A stretch of 64,000 nucleotides of DNA from Candidatus Omnitrophota bacterium (GTDB lineage: Bacteria > Omnitrophota > Gorgyraeia > S143-82), in NCBI GenBank assembly GCA_015494465.1, contig WGBD01000002.1:131683-195682 (forward strand), written 5' to 3'. The notes below the pieces were generated by a model. That model did no database searches. It had not been told where the DNA came from and saw only the letters and a program-made list of their open reading frames with translations. The position numbers were made by a program, and so were the translations under genes. Position 1 is the first letter of the stretch; each line of letters opens with the position of its first letter. This document shows, in pieces, positions 47,021 through 57,483 of the stretch.

Positions 47021-48619
47021 TCAACCCCTTCGTCGGCGATCCTTTATCAGCTTGTATTCTACGCTGTCCACCAGCGCTTGCCAAGAGGCCTCGATGATGT
47101 TCTCAGAAACGCCTATAGTGGTCCAAGATTCCTCTGCGTCTTGGGATTGGATTAGGACCCGCACCTTGGCAGCAGTTCCTTCGCTGCCGTCCAACACCCT
47201 CACCTTAAAGTCGGTGAGGTGCATAGAGTCCAGTTCGGGATAGAACTTCACCAAGGCCTTCCTCAAGGCGTAGTCAAGGGCATTCACCGGACCATCACCC
47301 TCCGCTACCGTATACTCCACCTGGTCGTCGACCCTTATCTTCACCGTGGCCTCGGTGAGGACCTCTCCGGTATCCCGCTTCTCAACTATCACCCGAAAGC
47401 CCAACAAGTCGAAAAAGCCTCTCTCCTGCTTTACCTCCTTGTACAGGAGGACCTTGAACGAGGCCTCCGCCACCTCAAAGTGGTATCCCTCGTACTCCAG
47501 TTTCTGGAGTAAAGACATAACCCTCTGGGCCTCAGGGGACTTACGATCCAGATTTATCTCCATCTCCTTGGCCCGCATGGCTAGAGAGGACCTTCCTGCG
47601 AGTTCTGACACGAGAATCCGCCTCTCGTTGCCCACCAGAGATGGGTCTATGTGCTCGTAAGTGCGGGGATTCTTCATCACCGCGTTGATGTGGACTCCGC
47701 CCTTGTGGGCAAAGGCGCTCCTGCCCACGAAGGGATGGTTGTTGGGCAACTGCATGTTGCACACCTCGGCCACGAAGTGGGCCACCTCGGTAAGTTTCCT
47801 GAGCATCTCCGGGCTGATGGTAGAGGTCTTCATCTTGCTGCCCAATATACCGATGATGGTGGTCAGATCCGCATTCCCACAGCGCTCCCCGTAGCCGTTC
47901 ATCGTGCCCTGCACCTGCACTGCACCACACTCCACCGCAATGATAGAGTTGGCCACTGCAACCCCGCAGTCGTTGTGGGCGTGCATCCCCAGAGGCGCGG
48001 ATATCCTCTTCTTGACCTCCTCCATTATCGCCTTTACCTCCGAAGGCAATGTCCCACCGTTGGTATCGCATAAGACCAGAACCTCCGCCCCTGCATCCCT
48101 TGCCACCTCAAGGGTCTTCAGGGCATATTCCGGATTGTCCTTGAAACCGTCAAAGAAGTGCTCCGCATCGTAAAATACCCTCAGGCCCCTCTCGATCAGA
48201 TAGCGAATAGAGTCCTCTATCATCTTGAGGTTCTCGTCAAGATCTATCCCGAAGACATCCCGCACATGCAGGTCCCAGGTCTTACCGAAGATGGTAACTA
48301 TCTCCACCCCTGACTCTATCAGGGCATTCAGGTTCTTGTCTTCTTCCGGCCGACTATCCGCCCGACGGGTGGAACCGAAGGCAACGATCTTTGCGTTTTT
48401 GAGAGGCAGCCCCTTTGCCTTCCTGAAGAACTCCATGTCCTTAGGGTTGGAACCGGGCCATCCGCCTTCTATAAAGTGTACGCCCAACTCGTCCAACTTC
48501 TGGGCGATGCGCAGTTTATCGTCCACGGAAAAGGATATCCCTTCGCTCTGCGACCCGTCCCGCAGGGTCGTATCGTACAGCTCAACCCGATAGGTCTCCA
48601 TCTCAATCACACTCCTCAA
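47021..48619 (-). CDS. citramalate synthase / 2-isopropylmalate synthase family enzyme
   Basis: '[16 protein letters not shown]' DRE-TIM motif, '[13 protein letters not shown]', and a C-terminal LeuA-dimer regulatory domain. 532 aa, CimA-like. Confidence 0.8.
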   Translation of the reverse strand: MRSVIEMETYRVELYDTTLRDGSQSEGISFSVDDKLRIAQKLDELGVHFIEGGWPGSNPKDMEFFRKAKGLPLKNAKIVAFGSTRRADSRPEEDKNLNALIESGVEIVTIFGKTWDLHVRDVFGIDLDENLKMIEDSIRYLIERGLRVFYDAEHFFDGFKDNPEYALKTLEVARDAGAEVLVLCDTNGGTLPSEVKAIMEEVKKRISAPLGMHAHNDCGVAVANSIIAVECGAVQVQGTMNGYGERCGNADLTTIIGILGSKMKTSTISPEMLRKLTEVAHFVAEVCNMQLPNNHPFVGRSAFAHKGGVHINAVMKNPRTYEHIDPSLVGNERRILVSELAGRSSLAMRAKEMEINLDRKSPEAQRVMSLLQKLEYEGYHFEVAEASFKVLLYKEVKQERGFFDLLGFRVIVEKRDTGEVLTEATVKIRVDDQVEYTVAEGDGPVNALDYALRKALVKFYPELDSMHLTDFKVRVLDGSEGTAAKVRVLIQSQDAEESWTTIGVSENIIEASWQALVDSVEYKLIKDRRRRG

Positions 48620-48693
48620 AACAACGCAATAAGGATAACATTATATACCCACCTGCGGATTTTAACTACAGGAAATGCGGTTGCAAAAGGAGT

Positions 48694-49554
48694 TTAACCC
48701 AGCAACCGGCGAAAGGCCTCGGGTATGGCCTCGATTATGTCCCGGGCAATCAGCCCAACCACCGTCTTGCTCTCTCTGGCAATGTCGCCCGCCATACCGT
48801 GCAGGTAAACCCCTGCGCAGGCTGCCAGGAACGGATCCGGAATCAAGGAAACGAAGGCAGATACCACCCCCAACAGGACATCCCCTGCCCCTGCGGTGGC
48901 CATCCCCGGATTCCCCGTGGAATTCACGAACACCCGCCCCTGAGGATCCGCGACCACCGTATTGGCACCCTTCAAGACCACCGTGCAGTTCCACTTCTTC
49001 GCGCACTGCAAGGCATATCCCTGCCGGTCCTTTTTTATCTCGTCCATCGGCACATTAACGAGATTGGAAAACTCCCCCATGTGGGGTGTAATTATCGTCC
49101 CAGAGAACATAAACTCTTGCCCCTTCAACAGGCGCAGGGCATCCGCATCCAAGACCACCTTCAACCTACGCGACTGGGCGGAGGAGAGGATGTACTCCAA
49201 CCCCTCCTTTACCTCCCAAGAGAGCCCTATCCCCGGACCGATCCCCACAGAGGTAAGGCGGGAGAAGTCTATCCGATCCGGCACCTCTTTTAGGTTCGGC
49301 ACCTCCTCGAATACCGCCTCCGGCACCAAGACCGAACAGGCGGAAATTACCTCCGGATAAGAGGCCAAGATCACCTTGCCAACCCCACTGCGGATGGCAG
49401 AGTAGGTGCACAAGCAGGCACAACCCCGGGCAGAGCGGGACCCGGATACCACGAGGATCGTTCCGTAGTCTCCCTTGTGCGAATCCGGAGCCCTCTTCCC
49501 CAAGGCCTTTAGGGCACCTATTACCTCTTGAGCGAGATCGGGATTACTATTCAT
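48694..49554 (-). CDS. ADP-dependent NAD(P)H-hydrate dehydratase (YjeF C-terminal family)
   Basis: 'GDYGTILVVSGSRSARGCA' and 'GNPGMATAGAGDVLLGVV' are motifs of the YjeF_C carbohydrate-kinase-like fold. Confidence 0.8.
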   Translation of the reverse strand: MNSNPDLAQEVIGALKALGKRAPDSHKGDYGTILVVSGSRSARGCACLCTYSAIRSGVGKVILASYPEVISACSVLVPEAVFEEVPNLKEVPDRIDFSRLTSVGIGPGIGLSWEVKEGLEYILSSAQSRRLKVVLDADALRLLKGQEFMFSGTIITPHMGEFSNLVNVPMDEIKKDRQGYALQCAKKWNCTVVLKGANTVVADPQGRVFVNSTGNPGMATAGAGDVLLGVVSAFVSLIPDPFLAACAGVYLHGMAGDIARESKTVVGLIARDIIEAIPEAFRRLLG

Positions 49555-50359
49555 CCGTGTCCTCTATTACCTGTGGCCTCTCCTCCGGAGCATCCTCCTC
49601 GCCTAAACTACGCCTATAGAAGAGATACACCGACGTCATTCCTACCAACCCAATGCCACCTGCAAAGAGAGAAAACACTAACTTCTGCAACACCCCATAG
49701 AGTGGCCCCAGAGGATAGAATATAAACGAAACACCCACCACCAAGACTCCGCCCACTATTCCCAGTATCAGCAGCAATATGACTATACACAAATATGTCC
49801 AGAAATGCTCGCCGGTTATCCTCCAACTCTCTTTAAACGACTCCACTAATCCTCTCTCATTAAGCAAAAAAGCAAACAATGCAAGACCAAACAATCTAAA
49901 AACCACATACATTTCTATCAACACCGCCCCAATAAAAACAAGCGCTACCAAAATCGGTCCTGCAACTGGAATCAATCTGGCAATACCTCCAACTATGCCT
50001 CCTGCGAATACAACTATCAGAGTAAGAACAAACATTACAAGCCATAGTACTATAACGAACAATACCATCCAAAGGTACTTCCTAAAAGCAAAAGATAGTA
50101 TTCCGCCAATGGAATCTGAGGTCTCCTCCAACAAATCCTCCGCAATCTTAAGTGAGGCAAGAGCAGCAAACCAATCCAATAACAAGGATATAAATCTCCA
50201 ACCCGGTGCAGGCACATTTAGTGGCGGCAATATCAACGAACTCACCCAATATACCAACACCACCACCCAAAAGGTCTTCACCAGCCAACCGAATCCTCGC
50301 GAGACGGCAGCGAAGGCATCTTTTACTATGGCTATACACGAAAGCGACTTCTCCTGCAT
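49547..50359 (-). CDS. hypothetical polytopic membrane protein
   Basis: 270 aa with about 6 predicted TM helices and an acidic C-terminal tail. Confidence 0.45.
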   Translation of the reverse strand: MQEKSLSCIAIVKDAFAAVSRGFGWLVKTFWVVVLVYWVSSLILPPLNVPAPGWRFISLLLDWFAALASLKIAEDLLEETSDSIGGILSFAFRKYLWMVLFVIVLWLVMFVLTLIVVFAGGIVGGIARLIPVAGPILVALVFIGAVLIEMYVVFRLFGLALFAFLLNERGLVESFKESWRITGEHFWTYLCIVILLLILGIVGGVLVVGVSFIFYPLGPLYGVLQKLVFSLFAGGIGLVGMTSVYLFYRRSLGEEDAPEERPQVIEDTDE

Positions 50360-50386
50360 ATTCCCCCCTTCTCAACTCCTTTTTAA

Positions 50387-51652
50387 CTACACATCCTTAA
50401 ACACAACCTTACCCCGCCTCATGGTCAACAGGACCTTGCCCCTAAGGCTTTTACCGAGAAAAGGCGAATTCTTACCCTTAGAGAGGAGAGTATCCTCCCT
50501 CACCTGCCAACTCGCATTGGGATCCACGACCACCAGATCCGCAACCGAGCCCTCCTCTACATCCACCGGATCCATCCCCAATATCCTTCTCGGATTATCA
50601 CAACATAGCCTCTTAACATCTTCCCAAGTGAGGATCCCCTCCAGAACAAAACGGTCTATCATGGACGAAAGCCAGGTCTCCAGGCCCACTACCCCGAAAG
50701 GAGCCAGTTCAAACTCCACCTCTTTCTCCCAAGCGGTGTGGGGGGCGTGATCGGTCGCTACGCAGTCTATCTTACCCGACTTTATTGCCCTCATCAATGC
50801 CTTTCTGTCGGACTCCTTTCGCAAGGGCGGATTCATCTTGAAGTTAGGGTCATACCCACTTATCGCCTCCTCGTTAAAGATCAGATGATGCGGTGTCACC
50901 TCGGCAGTGACGAGGCCGGGATAAAACCTCTTGTATCGTGAGAGTATCTCTACCGAGCGCGCCAAGGATACATGGCATATGTGCACCCGGGCCCCGACAT
51001 AGGTGGCTATCTCCAGGTCCCTCAACAGGCCTATGGTCTCGCTTATCTCCGGGATGCCCCGCAGGCCCAGTTTAAGAGATATTAGACCTTCGTTCATACT
51101 GCCGCGATCGGAAAGTCGGGCATCCTCGCAGTGGAGCATAACCAACAGGCCCACCGATCGGGCGTACTCCAAGGCATAACGCATAAGTCTGCTATCCCTT
51201 ACCGCCAGACCGTCCTCAGAGACCGCCACCGCACCCGCCTGTCTCAATCCCGCCATCTCGGTGAGGGTCTCCCCCTTCTGCCCTACGGTGATGGAGGCAA
51301 CTGGGAGCAGGTCTATCAATCCGATCCTCTGGGCCTCTTCCCGCAGACCCCTCACCACCGCGGGGTTATCCACTACCGGGTTGGTATTGGGCATAGTGCA
51401 GACCGCAGTGACCCCACCGTGGACCGCAGCCAGAGAGAAGGTCCTAAGAGTCTCCTTCTCGTCACCTCCCGGCTGACGGCTGTGGGCGTGCAGGTCCACC
51501 AGGGAAGGCAGGATAACCGACCCATCCAGATCGTAGACCTCGTCCGCGCTCTCCTTTATAGAGGAGGCAATGCGCGCGATCCTTCCACCTTCCACGAGGA
51601 GGTCCCGCTTCTCCCTCCCCTCTATGTGTATACCCTTTAGGAGGATCCTCAT
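50387..51652 (-). CDS. pyrC: dihydroorotase
   Basis: '[12 protein letters not shown]', '[10 protein letters not shown]', 421 aa amidohydrolase. Follows pyrB. Confidence 0.85.
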   Translation of the reverse strand: MRILLKGIHIEGREKRDLLVEGGRIARIASSIKESADEVYDLDGSVILPSLVDLHAHSRQPGGDEKETLRTFSLAAVHGGVTAVCTMPNTNPVVDNPAVVRGLREEAQRIGLIDLLPVASITVGQKGETLTEMAGLRQAGAVAVSEDGLAVRDSRLMRYALEYARSVGLLVMLHCEDARLSDRGSMNEGLISLKLGLRGIPEISETIGLLRDLEIATYVGARVHICHVSLARSVEILSRYKRFYPGLVTAEVTPHHLIFNEEAISGYDPNFKMNPPLRKESDRKALMRAIKSGKIDCVATDHAPHTAWEKEVEFELAPFGVVGLETWLSSMIDRFVLEGILTWEDVKRLCCDNPRRILGMDPVDVEEGSVADLVVVDPNASWQVREDTLLSKGKNSPFLGKSLRGKVLLTMRRGKVVFKDV

Positions 51653-52575
51653 CTCCTCAACACCGTGCTCACCAGATACAACACCGCCATCCTCACCGCA
51701 ACGCCGTTGGTAACCTGCTCCAGTATCACCGAGTTCTCCCCGTCCACGCCCGCAGGCACCATCTCTACACCCCGATTCACCGGTCCCGGATGCATAAGTA
51801 TCACCTTGGTAGCCAATCTCTTCAACCTCTCCTCGGTCAACCCGTACAACCGGTGATACTCCCGCAGAGAGGGAAACAATCCCGCCTCCTGGCGCTCCCT
51901 CTGGATCCTCAGGAACATCAAGACATCCTTTCCCTTCATCGCCTCGTCGAGATCGGTGTACACCTTGACCACCTTTTCTATCCCCCGCGGGAGCAGGCTC
52001 ACCGGCCCGCAGACCGAGACATCCGCACCCATCTTGGTCAATCCCCAGATGTTGCTGCGCGCCACTCGGGAGTGGAGGATGTCCCCCACTATCAACACCT
52101 TTATGCCCTCCAAGGTCCCGAGGCGCTCTCTTATGGTAAACATGTCCAAAAGGGCCTGGGTGGGGTGTTCGTTCATGCCGTCGCCGGCATTTATCACCCC
52201 GACATCGGGCAGGCGACTCGCCAAAAGATGACAGGCACCGGCAAGGGAGTGCCTGAGGACTATTATGTCGCAGACGAGCGCCCGGAGGTTCTTGGCGGTG
52301 TCCAGCAGGGTCTCTCCCTTCACCACACTGCTGGAGGAGGCGGAGACATTTACCATGTCCGCACTCAGGCGCTTTCCTGCCAACTCAAACGATACCCGGG
52401 TCCGGGTGGAGGGCTCAAAGAATAGGTTGGCAATGGTCCAACCCCGCAGGGTAGGTACCTTCTTCACCTCCCGGAAGAGGACCTCCTTAAAAGAGGCCGC
52501 GGTCTCCAAAATCAGACCTATCTCCTCCCGGCTCAGACCCTTCAGACCTACGAGGTCCTTTCTCTTCCAGACCAT
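51649..52575 (-). CDS. pyrB: aspartate carbamoyltransferase catalytic subunit
   Basis: '[18 protein letters not shown]', 'HPTQALLD' and 'HPGP' motifs. Confidence 0.9.
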   Translation of the reverse strand: MVWKRKDLVGLKGLSREEIGLILETAASFKEVLFREVKKVPTLRGWTIANLFFEPSTRTRVSFELAGKRLSADMVNVSASSSSVVKGETLLDTAKNLRALVCDIIVLRHSLAGACHLLASRLPDVGVINAGDGMNEHPTQALLDMFTIRERLGTLEGIKVLIVGDILHSRVARSNIWGLTKMGADVSVCGPVSLLPRGIEKVVKVYTDLDEAMKGKDVLMFLRIQRERQEAGLFPSLREYHRLYGLTEERLKRLATKVILMHPGPVNRGVEMVPAGVDGENSVILEQVTNGVAVRMAVLYLVSTVLRR

Positions 52576-53102
52576 TAGCGAACAACCACCCTATCCTTAC
52601 CGTCCACCTCTTTCAACTCCACATAAACCCGTCTATCCTTGGGATCCACCTCTACGCCCACGAAGTCCGCACAGATCGGCATCTCCCGCCCCGGTCTCTG
52701 CACCAGGACCATCATCTTCACGAAGGCAGGTCTGCCCACATCTATTATCGCAGAGAGGGCAGCACGCGCGGTCCTGCCGGTAAACAAGACATCGTCCACC
52801 AGCAGGACCCCCTTATCGGTCACATTGGGAAGGTTAGTTCGCCTGACCTGAGGCAGGTCAAACCTGCGCACGAAGTCGTCGCGATAGAGGTTGATGTCTA
52901 TCTCGCCTACTGGAAGAGACATCCCCGTCCTGCGCTTTATCCACCTTTGAATCCTATGGGCAAGGTAGACCCCCCGGGTATATATCCCGATCAGTACGAC
53001 ATCTGAGAGAGGGAACCCTTCTGACAATAGAGGCTGGCACAGGCGGGACTCGAGCGCCCGGCGAAAACCCGACGGATCCAATATCACCTTCTCTCTACCC
53101 AT
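52575..53102 (-). CDS. pyrR: pyrimidine operon regulator / uracil phosphoribosyltransferase PyrR
   Basis: '[18 protein letters not shown]' PRPP-binding motif. 175 aa. Sits upstream of pyrB. Confidence 0.85.
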   Translation of the reverse strand: MGREKVILDPSGFRRALESRLCQPLLSEGFPLSDVVLIGIYTRGVYLAHRIQRWIKRRTGMSLPVGEIDINLYRDDFVRRFDLPQVRRTNLPNVTDKGVLLVDDVLFTGRTARAALSAIIDVGRPAFVKMMVLVQRPGREMPICADFVGVEVDPKDRRVYVELKEVDGKDRVVVR

Positions 53103-53148
53103 TAGGCCCTAATATGGTATCACAAAAGCGATCCCTTTACCAAGATCT

Positions 53149-54186
53149 CTAACGATTCCTCTCTGCCCCCTTCCATATCCCTGGAATCTTTTCTCCGCAC
53201 ACCGGACAACGCCCGTTGCGGATCTTGTTAAAGACTATCGTGTAGCCTATCCTCTTTATCAACAGGGTCCCGCACTTCGGGCAATAGGTGCTCTCCCACT
53301 TGTGCCCGGGTACATTGCCTATGTAGACGAACTTCAATCCGCACCGGTGGGCGATATCAACGCACCTCTCTAAGGTGGATATAGGCGTGGGAGGGACTCG
53401 GGTCAACTCGTGATGGGGATAAAACCGAGAGAAGTGCAAAGGCACATCCGGACCCAGGTTCTCCACTATCCACCTGCACATCTCCTCCACAGGCTCGGGG
53501 GAATCGTTGAAGCCGGGGATGACGAGGTTGGTTATCTCCAGCCATGTCCCGGACTCCTTGATTATCTTAAGGGTCCGAAGGACCGGCGCCAACGAGGCCA
53601 TAAGACCCATTCGGTTGTAGAACTCCTCGGTAAAACCTTTCAGATCCACATTTACCGCATCTATGTAGGGAAGAAGCGCCCGCAAGGGCTCGGGATTTAT
53701 GTAGCCACAGGTATGCATTGCGTTGAACAGGCCCTTTGCCTTGGCCAATTTGGCTATGTCAAACATGTACTCGTAGAATATCGTCGGCTCAGTATAGGTG
53801 TAGACCACCCAATCCGTACGATACTGCTTTGCCAGAGAAACCACTTCCTCCGGGGACAAGATAAATCCAAACACCTCATCCGGTCGCACCTGAGAAATCT
53901 GCCAGTTCTGGCAGAAAAGACAACGCATGTTGCATCCTGCTACCGCAATGGAAAAGGCGGGACTGCCCGGCCAGACATGGAAGAAGGGCTTCTTCTCGAT
54001 AGGATCTATGTGAACCGCTACCGGATTGCCGTAGCCATAGGTCACCAGTTCACCATTGCGATTCTCCCTAACCCCGCATATTCCCCGCTGACCAGGTCTC
54101 AGGACGCACTTTCTCGGGCAGAGCAGACACTGGACCATAGAATCCTCGGGGAGTTTCTGCCAATACTTGGCAGGATGAGGTGAGAC
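53149..54186 (-). CDS. AmmeMemoRadiSam-type radical SAM enzyme (PflA-like activase family)
   Basis: 'AKYWQKLPEDSMVQCLLCPRKCVLRPGQRGICGVREN' is the family-specific N-terminal Cys motif. 'CNMRCLFCQNW' is the CxxxCxxC radical SAM motif. The ORF-track N-terminal extension (to 54330) is a translated terminator hairpin and is excluded here. Confidence 0.7.
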   Translation of the reverse strand, partial: VSPHPAKYWQKLPEDSMVQCLLCPRKCVLRPGQRGICGVRENRNGELVTYGYGNPVAVHIDPIEKKPFFHVWPGSPAFSIAVAGCNMRCLFCQNWQISQVRPDEVFGFILSPEEVVSLAKQYRTDWVVYTYTEPTIFYEYMFDIAKLAKAKGLFNAMHTCGYINPEPLRALLPYIDAVNVDLKGFTEEFYNRMGLMASLAPVLRTLKIIKESGTWLEITNLVIPGFNDSPEPVEEMCRWIVENLGPDVPLHFSRFYPHHELTRVPPTPISTLERCVDIAHRCGLKFVYIGNVPGHKWESTYCPKCGTLLIKRIGYTIVFNKIRNGRCPVCGEKIPGIWKGAERNR

Positions 54187-54240
54187 CTTTTTCGGCTCCT
54201 GACAATGGACGAACTTGGGCAAGAGCAAAAGGATTAAGGA

Positions 54241-54275
54241 GAAAAGAAAAACGGGCAAGGCCAAAAGCCTTGCCC
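54241..54275 (-). terminator. intrinsic terminator of the lysine-rich protein gene
   Basis: Minus strand: GGGCAAGGC-UUUUG-GCCUUGCCC followed by GUUUUUCUUUUC. It begins 30 nt after the stop codon at 54305. Confidence 0.6.
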
Positions 54276-54304
54276 GCAGTATTCCCATCCTGACGAGACG
54301 GATG

Positions 54305-54505
54305 TTACTTCTTGCTCTTCTTAGAGGCACTCTTCTTTGCGGTGGTCTTCTTTGTCGTGGACTTCTTGGCGGCAGACTTCTTTACAGTGCTCTTCCTGGT
54401 CCCGCACTTCTTTGCGGTGCTCTTCTTGGCAGTGGACTTTTTCGCAGTCGTTTTCTTGGCAGTGGCTTTTTTGGTCGTCTTCTTCGCGGTCTTCTTCGTC
54501 GCCAT
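54305..54505 (-). CDS. histone H1-like / lysine-rich DNA-binding protein
   Basis: 66 aa, about 40 percent Lys, built of 'AKKT/AKKS' repeats. AGAGGGGGGUGAG lies 4-5 nt upstream of the ATG. Followed by a clean terminator. Confidence 0.6.
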   Translation of the reverse strand: MATKKTAKKTTKKATAKKTTAKKSTAKKSTAKKCGTRKSTVKKSAAKKSTTKKTTAKKSASKKSKK

Positions 54506-54700
54506 ATCTCACCCCCCTCTTTAAGGACCAAAAACCAAAAACACCTGTCGTTATTAGACTAACATACATAGAAGAGGGTATCAAGAAATTTTATTAAAAC
54601 GGCTACCTAACTGGTGATTTATCGACGAAAAAATGCACGATTCAAAATCAGAAAATCTTCAGACGGGAACAGGGGGTAAGCGTGGTCATCGTTTGAAATC

Positions 54701-54772
54701 TTGCCCCGCCTGGATTCGAACCAGGACTACTTGATCCAGAGTCAAGCGTGCTACCAGTTGCACCACGGGGCA
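54701..54772 (-). tRNA. tRNA-Gln (anticodon CTG), CCA not encoded
   Basis: Reverse complement: UGCCCCG acceptor, D-arm GUGC-AACUGGUA-GCAC, anticodon stem CUUGA/UCAAG with loop CUCUGGA, T-arm CCUGG-UUCGAAU-CCAGG, discriminator A. Confidence 0.85.
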
Positions 54773-54824
54773 ATCCGGGAGATATATTTTATCACAAAAA
54801 GCGATTTCCACCAGTGGAACTTTA

Positions 54825-55340
54825 TCAATACACTATCAGACTGTGCACGGTGTAGTCTTTCAGCCTATCCCTGCCGTTGAGGAAAGAGAGTTCCACCAGA
54901 AACAGAAGAGAACTGACCTGACCCCCCAACTTCTTCACCAACTCTATTACCGCAAGGGAGGTCCCCCCAGTGGCGAGAAGGTCGTCCACTATCACCACCT
55001 TTGCCCCGGGTTCAAAGGCATCTTCGTGTATCTCCAAGAGGTCTACTCCGTACTCCAACTCGTACTCCACCTTGTGCGTCTTGTAGGGGAGTTTGCCCTT
55101 TTTCCTCACCGGAACGAATCCGGTCTTCAGTTTGTAGGCAAGCGGGGCACCGAATATAAATCCCCGCGACTCCACCGCCACTATTACATCCGGAGCCTCG
55201 CCTGCAATTTTATCCGCGAGGAGGTCTATCGTTTCGGAAAAGGCCTCCCTGTGCCCTAACAACGGGGTGATGTCCTTGAAGATGATCCCTTCCTTAGGAA
55301 AGTTGGGTACATCCCTTATAAACGACTTCAGGTCTCTCAT
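54825..55340 (-). CDS. apt: adenine phosphoribosyltransferase
   Basis: 'VPNFPKEGIIFKDITPLL', 'VVAVESRGFIFGAPLA' and 'VVIVDDLLATGGT' motifs. Confidence 0.9.
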   Translation of the reverse strand: MRDLKSFIRDVPNFPKEGIIFKDITPLLGHREAFSETIDLLADKIAGEAPDVIVAVESRGFIFGAPLAYKLKTGFVPVRKKGKLPYKTHKVEYELEYGVDLLEIHEDAFEPGAKVVIVDDLLATGGTSLAVIELVKKLGGQVSSLLFLVELSFLNGRDRLKDYTVHSLIVY

Positions 55341-55493
55341 GACTCCCCTCCCGTTAAGACTGTACCGCCCACCAGATCAGTGCCAGAGAACAGCCTATCA
55401 CAAACAGGTAATAGTCGTAGAAGTAAAAGAAGTCCAGTATCCGCTCCCACCAGGTGTACTCAAACTCCACCTCTTCGTCTGAGGTGACAGGGC

Positions 55494-56666
55494 TTACTTC
55501 AGGCTCTTTTCCCAATTCCTCCATCTCTCCAATCCCTTCTTTATCTCCTCCTCCGAGGTGGCAAAACTCACCCTCACCCATCCCTCCGCCCCGAATGCGG
55601 ACCCGGGGATCACGCCCACCTTGGTCTCGTCCAACAGGCGCTGGGCAAAGGTCATACTGTCCAACCCGGTCCTGGATATGTTCACGAAGGCGTAAAAGGT
55701 CCCCTTGGGCGGAAAGAGGTCCGCAGTCTCTATCCCCGCGAACAACTCCTTCACCAATCCTGCCCGTTTCTTATAGGTCTCCCGCATTCTCCTCTCCCAA
55801 TCCGCACCTTCCCTTAGGGCGACGATGGAGGCGTACTGGCTGATGCTGGTGGGATTGGATGTGGAATGGGACTGCAGGGCCCCTGCCAGTTTTATAACCC
55901 TTTCGTCTCCCGCACAGAAACCGATCCGCCAACCGGTCATAGAATAGGCCTTGGAGACCCCGTTGACGGTGATGGTGCGGGAATAAGCGTCCTCGCTTAG
56001 GCTAGCAAATGAGATGTGCTCTCCTTCAAAGGTAAGGACATCGTATATCTCGTCGCTTATCACCCACAGGTCGTATTCCTCACAGATCTTGCCTATCTCC
56101 TCCAACCTCCGGGCATCGTATACGGTACCGGTGGGGTTGCTGGGATAGTTCAGGATGAGGACCTTTGCCCTAGGATGGCCCTTCAGGGTATCTGCAAGGG
56201 CTCCGGGATCCAGGCAAAAGTCGTCCTCCCTTCTCGTTTCCACGAAGATGGGCACCCCACCTGCCAGTTTGACCATCTCGGGATAACTCACCCAATAAGG
56301 GGACGGTATCACCACCTCATCTCCCGGATCCACCAATACCTGAAGGATGTTGTAAATACTGTGCTTTGCCCCACAGGAGATAAGGACCTGCTCCGGGCAA
56401 TACTTCACCCCATTCACCCTCTCAAACCTCTCCACCACCGCCTTTTTGAGTTCCGCCATGCCCGAGGCGGGGGTGTAGCGAGTAAGGCCCTTCCTTATCG
56501 CCTCTATCCCCGCCTCGCAGACGAAGTCCGGAGTGGGAAGATCCGGCTCTCCTGCGGCGAAGTTCACCACATCCTCGCCTTCTGCCCGCAACGACTTCAC
56601 CTTGGCGGTAATCGCCAGAGTAGTGGAAGGGGATATGTTCTTTGCCCGAGAAGAGACCTCTTTCAT
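55494..56666 (-). CDS. class I pyridoxal-phosphate aminotransferase (aspartate/aromatic type)
   Basis: 'NFAAGEPDLPTP', 'YPSNPTGTVY' and 'GVSKAYSMTGWRIGF' (PLP-lysine motif). Confidence 0.85.
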   Translation of the reverse strand: MKEVSSRAKNISPSTTLAITAKVKSLRAEGEDVVNFAAGEPDLPTPDFVCEAGIEAIRKGLTRYTPASGMAELKKAVVERFERVNGVKYCPEQVLISCGAKHSIYNILQVLVDPGDEVVIPSPYWVSYPEMVKLAGGVPIFVETRREDDFCLDPGALADTLKGHPRAKVLILNYPSNPTGTVYDARRLEEIGKICEEYDLWVISDEIYDVLTFEGEHISFASLSEDAYSRTITVNGVSKAYSMTGWRIGFCAGDERVIKLAGALQSHSTSNPTSISQYASIVALREGADWERRMRETYKKRAGLVKELFAGIETADLFPPKGTFYAFVNISRTGLDSMTFAQRLLDETKVGVIPGSAFGAEGWVRVSFATSEEEIKKGLERWRNWEKSLK

Positions 56667-56677
56667 ATGTCTACCTC

Positions 56678-57475
56678 CTACAGCATCGCCTGTTCCATAA
56701 ACCGCTTCAGGGAATAATATATGTTCCCCTGCCTCATAAAGTACTCGCCAACCAGGACCGCGTCCACCTTCAACTGCTTTAAGAGAGGGAGGACCTCAGC
56801 GGAGATCCCGCTCTCCGCGACCCGGATCTTCTCCTCCGGGATCTGGGGGATCAACCTGCTGAAGGTGTTTATGTCCACCGTCAGGGTGTGCAGATCACGG
56901 GAGTTCACCCCTATTATCTCCGCGTCAAAGGCCATAGCCCTGTCGAGGTCCCTTTGATCGTGCACCTCAAAGAGGACATCGCAGTGCAGATCGCTTGCTG
57001 TCTCTACGATCCTAATGACCTCCTCGTCCTCCAACATCGCCACTATCAACAGGACCGCATCCGCACCCATTGCCCGGGCCAATCGCACCTGATACGCATC
57101 GACGAAGAAGTCCTTACACAACAGGGGCACCTCCACGAAGTCCCGTATGCGCCTCAAGTACTCAAAACTCCCCTTGAAGTGCCGGTGATCGGTGAGTACG
57201 GATATCGCATCCGCGCCTCCACCCTGATACTCCAAGGCCACATCCACCGGATCCCTCTTGTGGGCATCCGCTATCGCACCCCGGGAGGGAGATGCGTACT
57301 TCACCTCCGCTATGACCGAGATGCGGCTGCCGTGCCTTAGGGCGTGCTTGAAGTTGTAGAACTTCCTCCTCTGCAGGAGCATGTGCTTTACCTGACTGGG
57401 AGGGTACTTGACCTTCAACTCCTCTATCTCCGCTAACTTCTCTTTCTTTATCGTCTTAAGGAAATCCCTTCTCAC
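56678..57475 (-). CDS. trpC: indole-3-glycerol phosphate synthase
   Basis: 'ISVIAEVKYASPSRG' and 'ILLIVAMLEDEE' motifs, TIM barrel. A GTG at 57475 is the best start; the ORF track runs to 57613 through the purH 3' end. Confidence 0.8.
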   Translation of the reverse strand: MRRDFLKTIKKEKLAEIEELKVKYPPSQVKHMLLQRRKFYNFKHALRHGSRISVIAEVKYASPSRGAIADAHKRDPVDVALEYQGGGADAISVLTDHRHFKGSFEYLRRIRDFVEVPLLCKDFFVDAYQVRLARAMGADAVLLIVAMLEDEEVIRIVETASDLHCDVLFEVHDQRDLDRAMAFDAEIIGVNSRDLHTLTVDINTFSRLIPQIPEEKIRVAESGISAEVLPLLKQLKVDAVLVGEYFMRQGNIYYSLKRFMEQAML

Positions 57476-57483
57476 GGCCCTCC

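Noticed and set aside
49779-50750. 323-aa plus-strand ORF
   Set aside because: It is antisense to the membrane protein and pyrC genes. Low-complexity Thr/Ser/Asn-rich translation with no motifs.
53410-54183. 257-aa plus-strand ORF
   Set aside because: It is antisense to the radical SAM gene, whose CxxxCxxC motif and family N-terminal motif are unambiguous.
54186-54330. N-terminal 'signal peptide/TM' extension of the radical SAM ORF
   Set aside because: The hydrophobic stretch 'RARLLALPVFLF' is the in-frame translation of the GGGCAAGGC...GCCUUGCCC + U-tract terminator of the upstream lysine-rich gene. The radical SAM family N-terminal motif starts about 50 codons further in.
54312-54597. Three alternative overlapping ORFs on both strands across the lysine-rich gene (Phe/Val-rich, Glu/His-rich and Ser/Trp-rich)
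   Set aside because: They are frame and strand shadows of the AAG/AAA-rich repeat. Only the Lys-rich frame has a strong Shine-Dalgarno sequence, an ATG and a downstream terminator.
55354-55581. 75-aa minus-strand ORF between aspC and apt
   Set aside because: It mostly overlaps the aspC 3' end. Only the 150-nt spacer is free. There is no clear Shine-Dalgarno sequence. A small membrane protein starting at the internal ATG near 55524 remains possible at low confidence.
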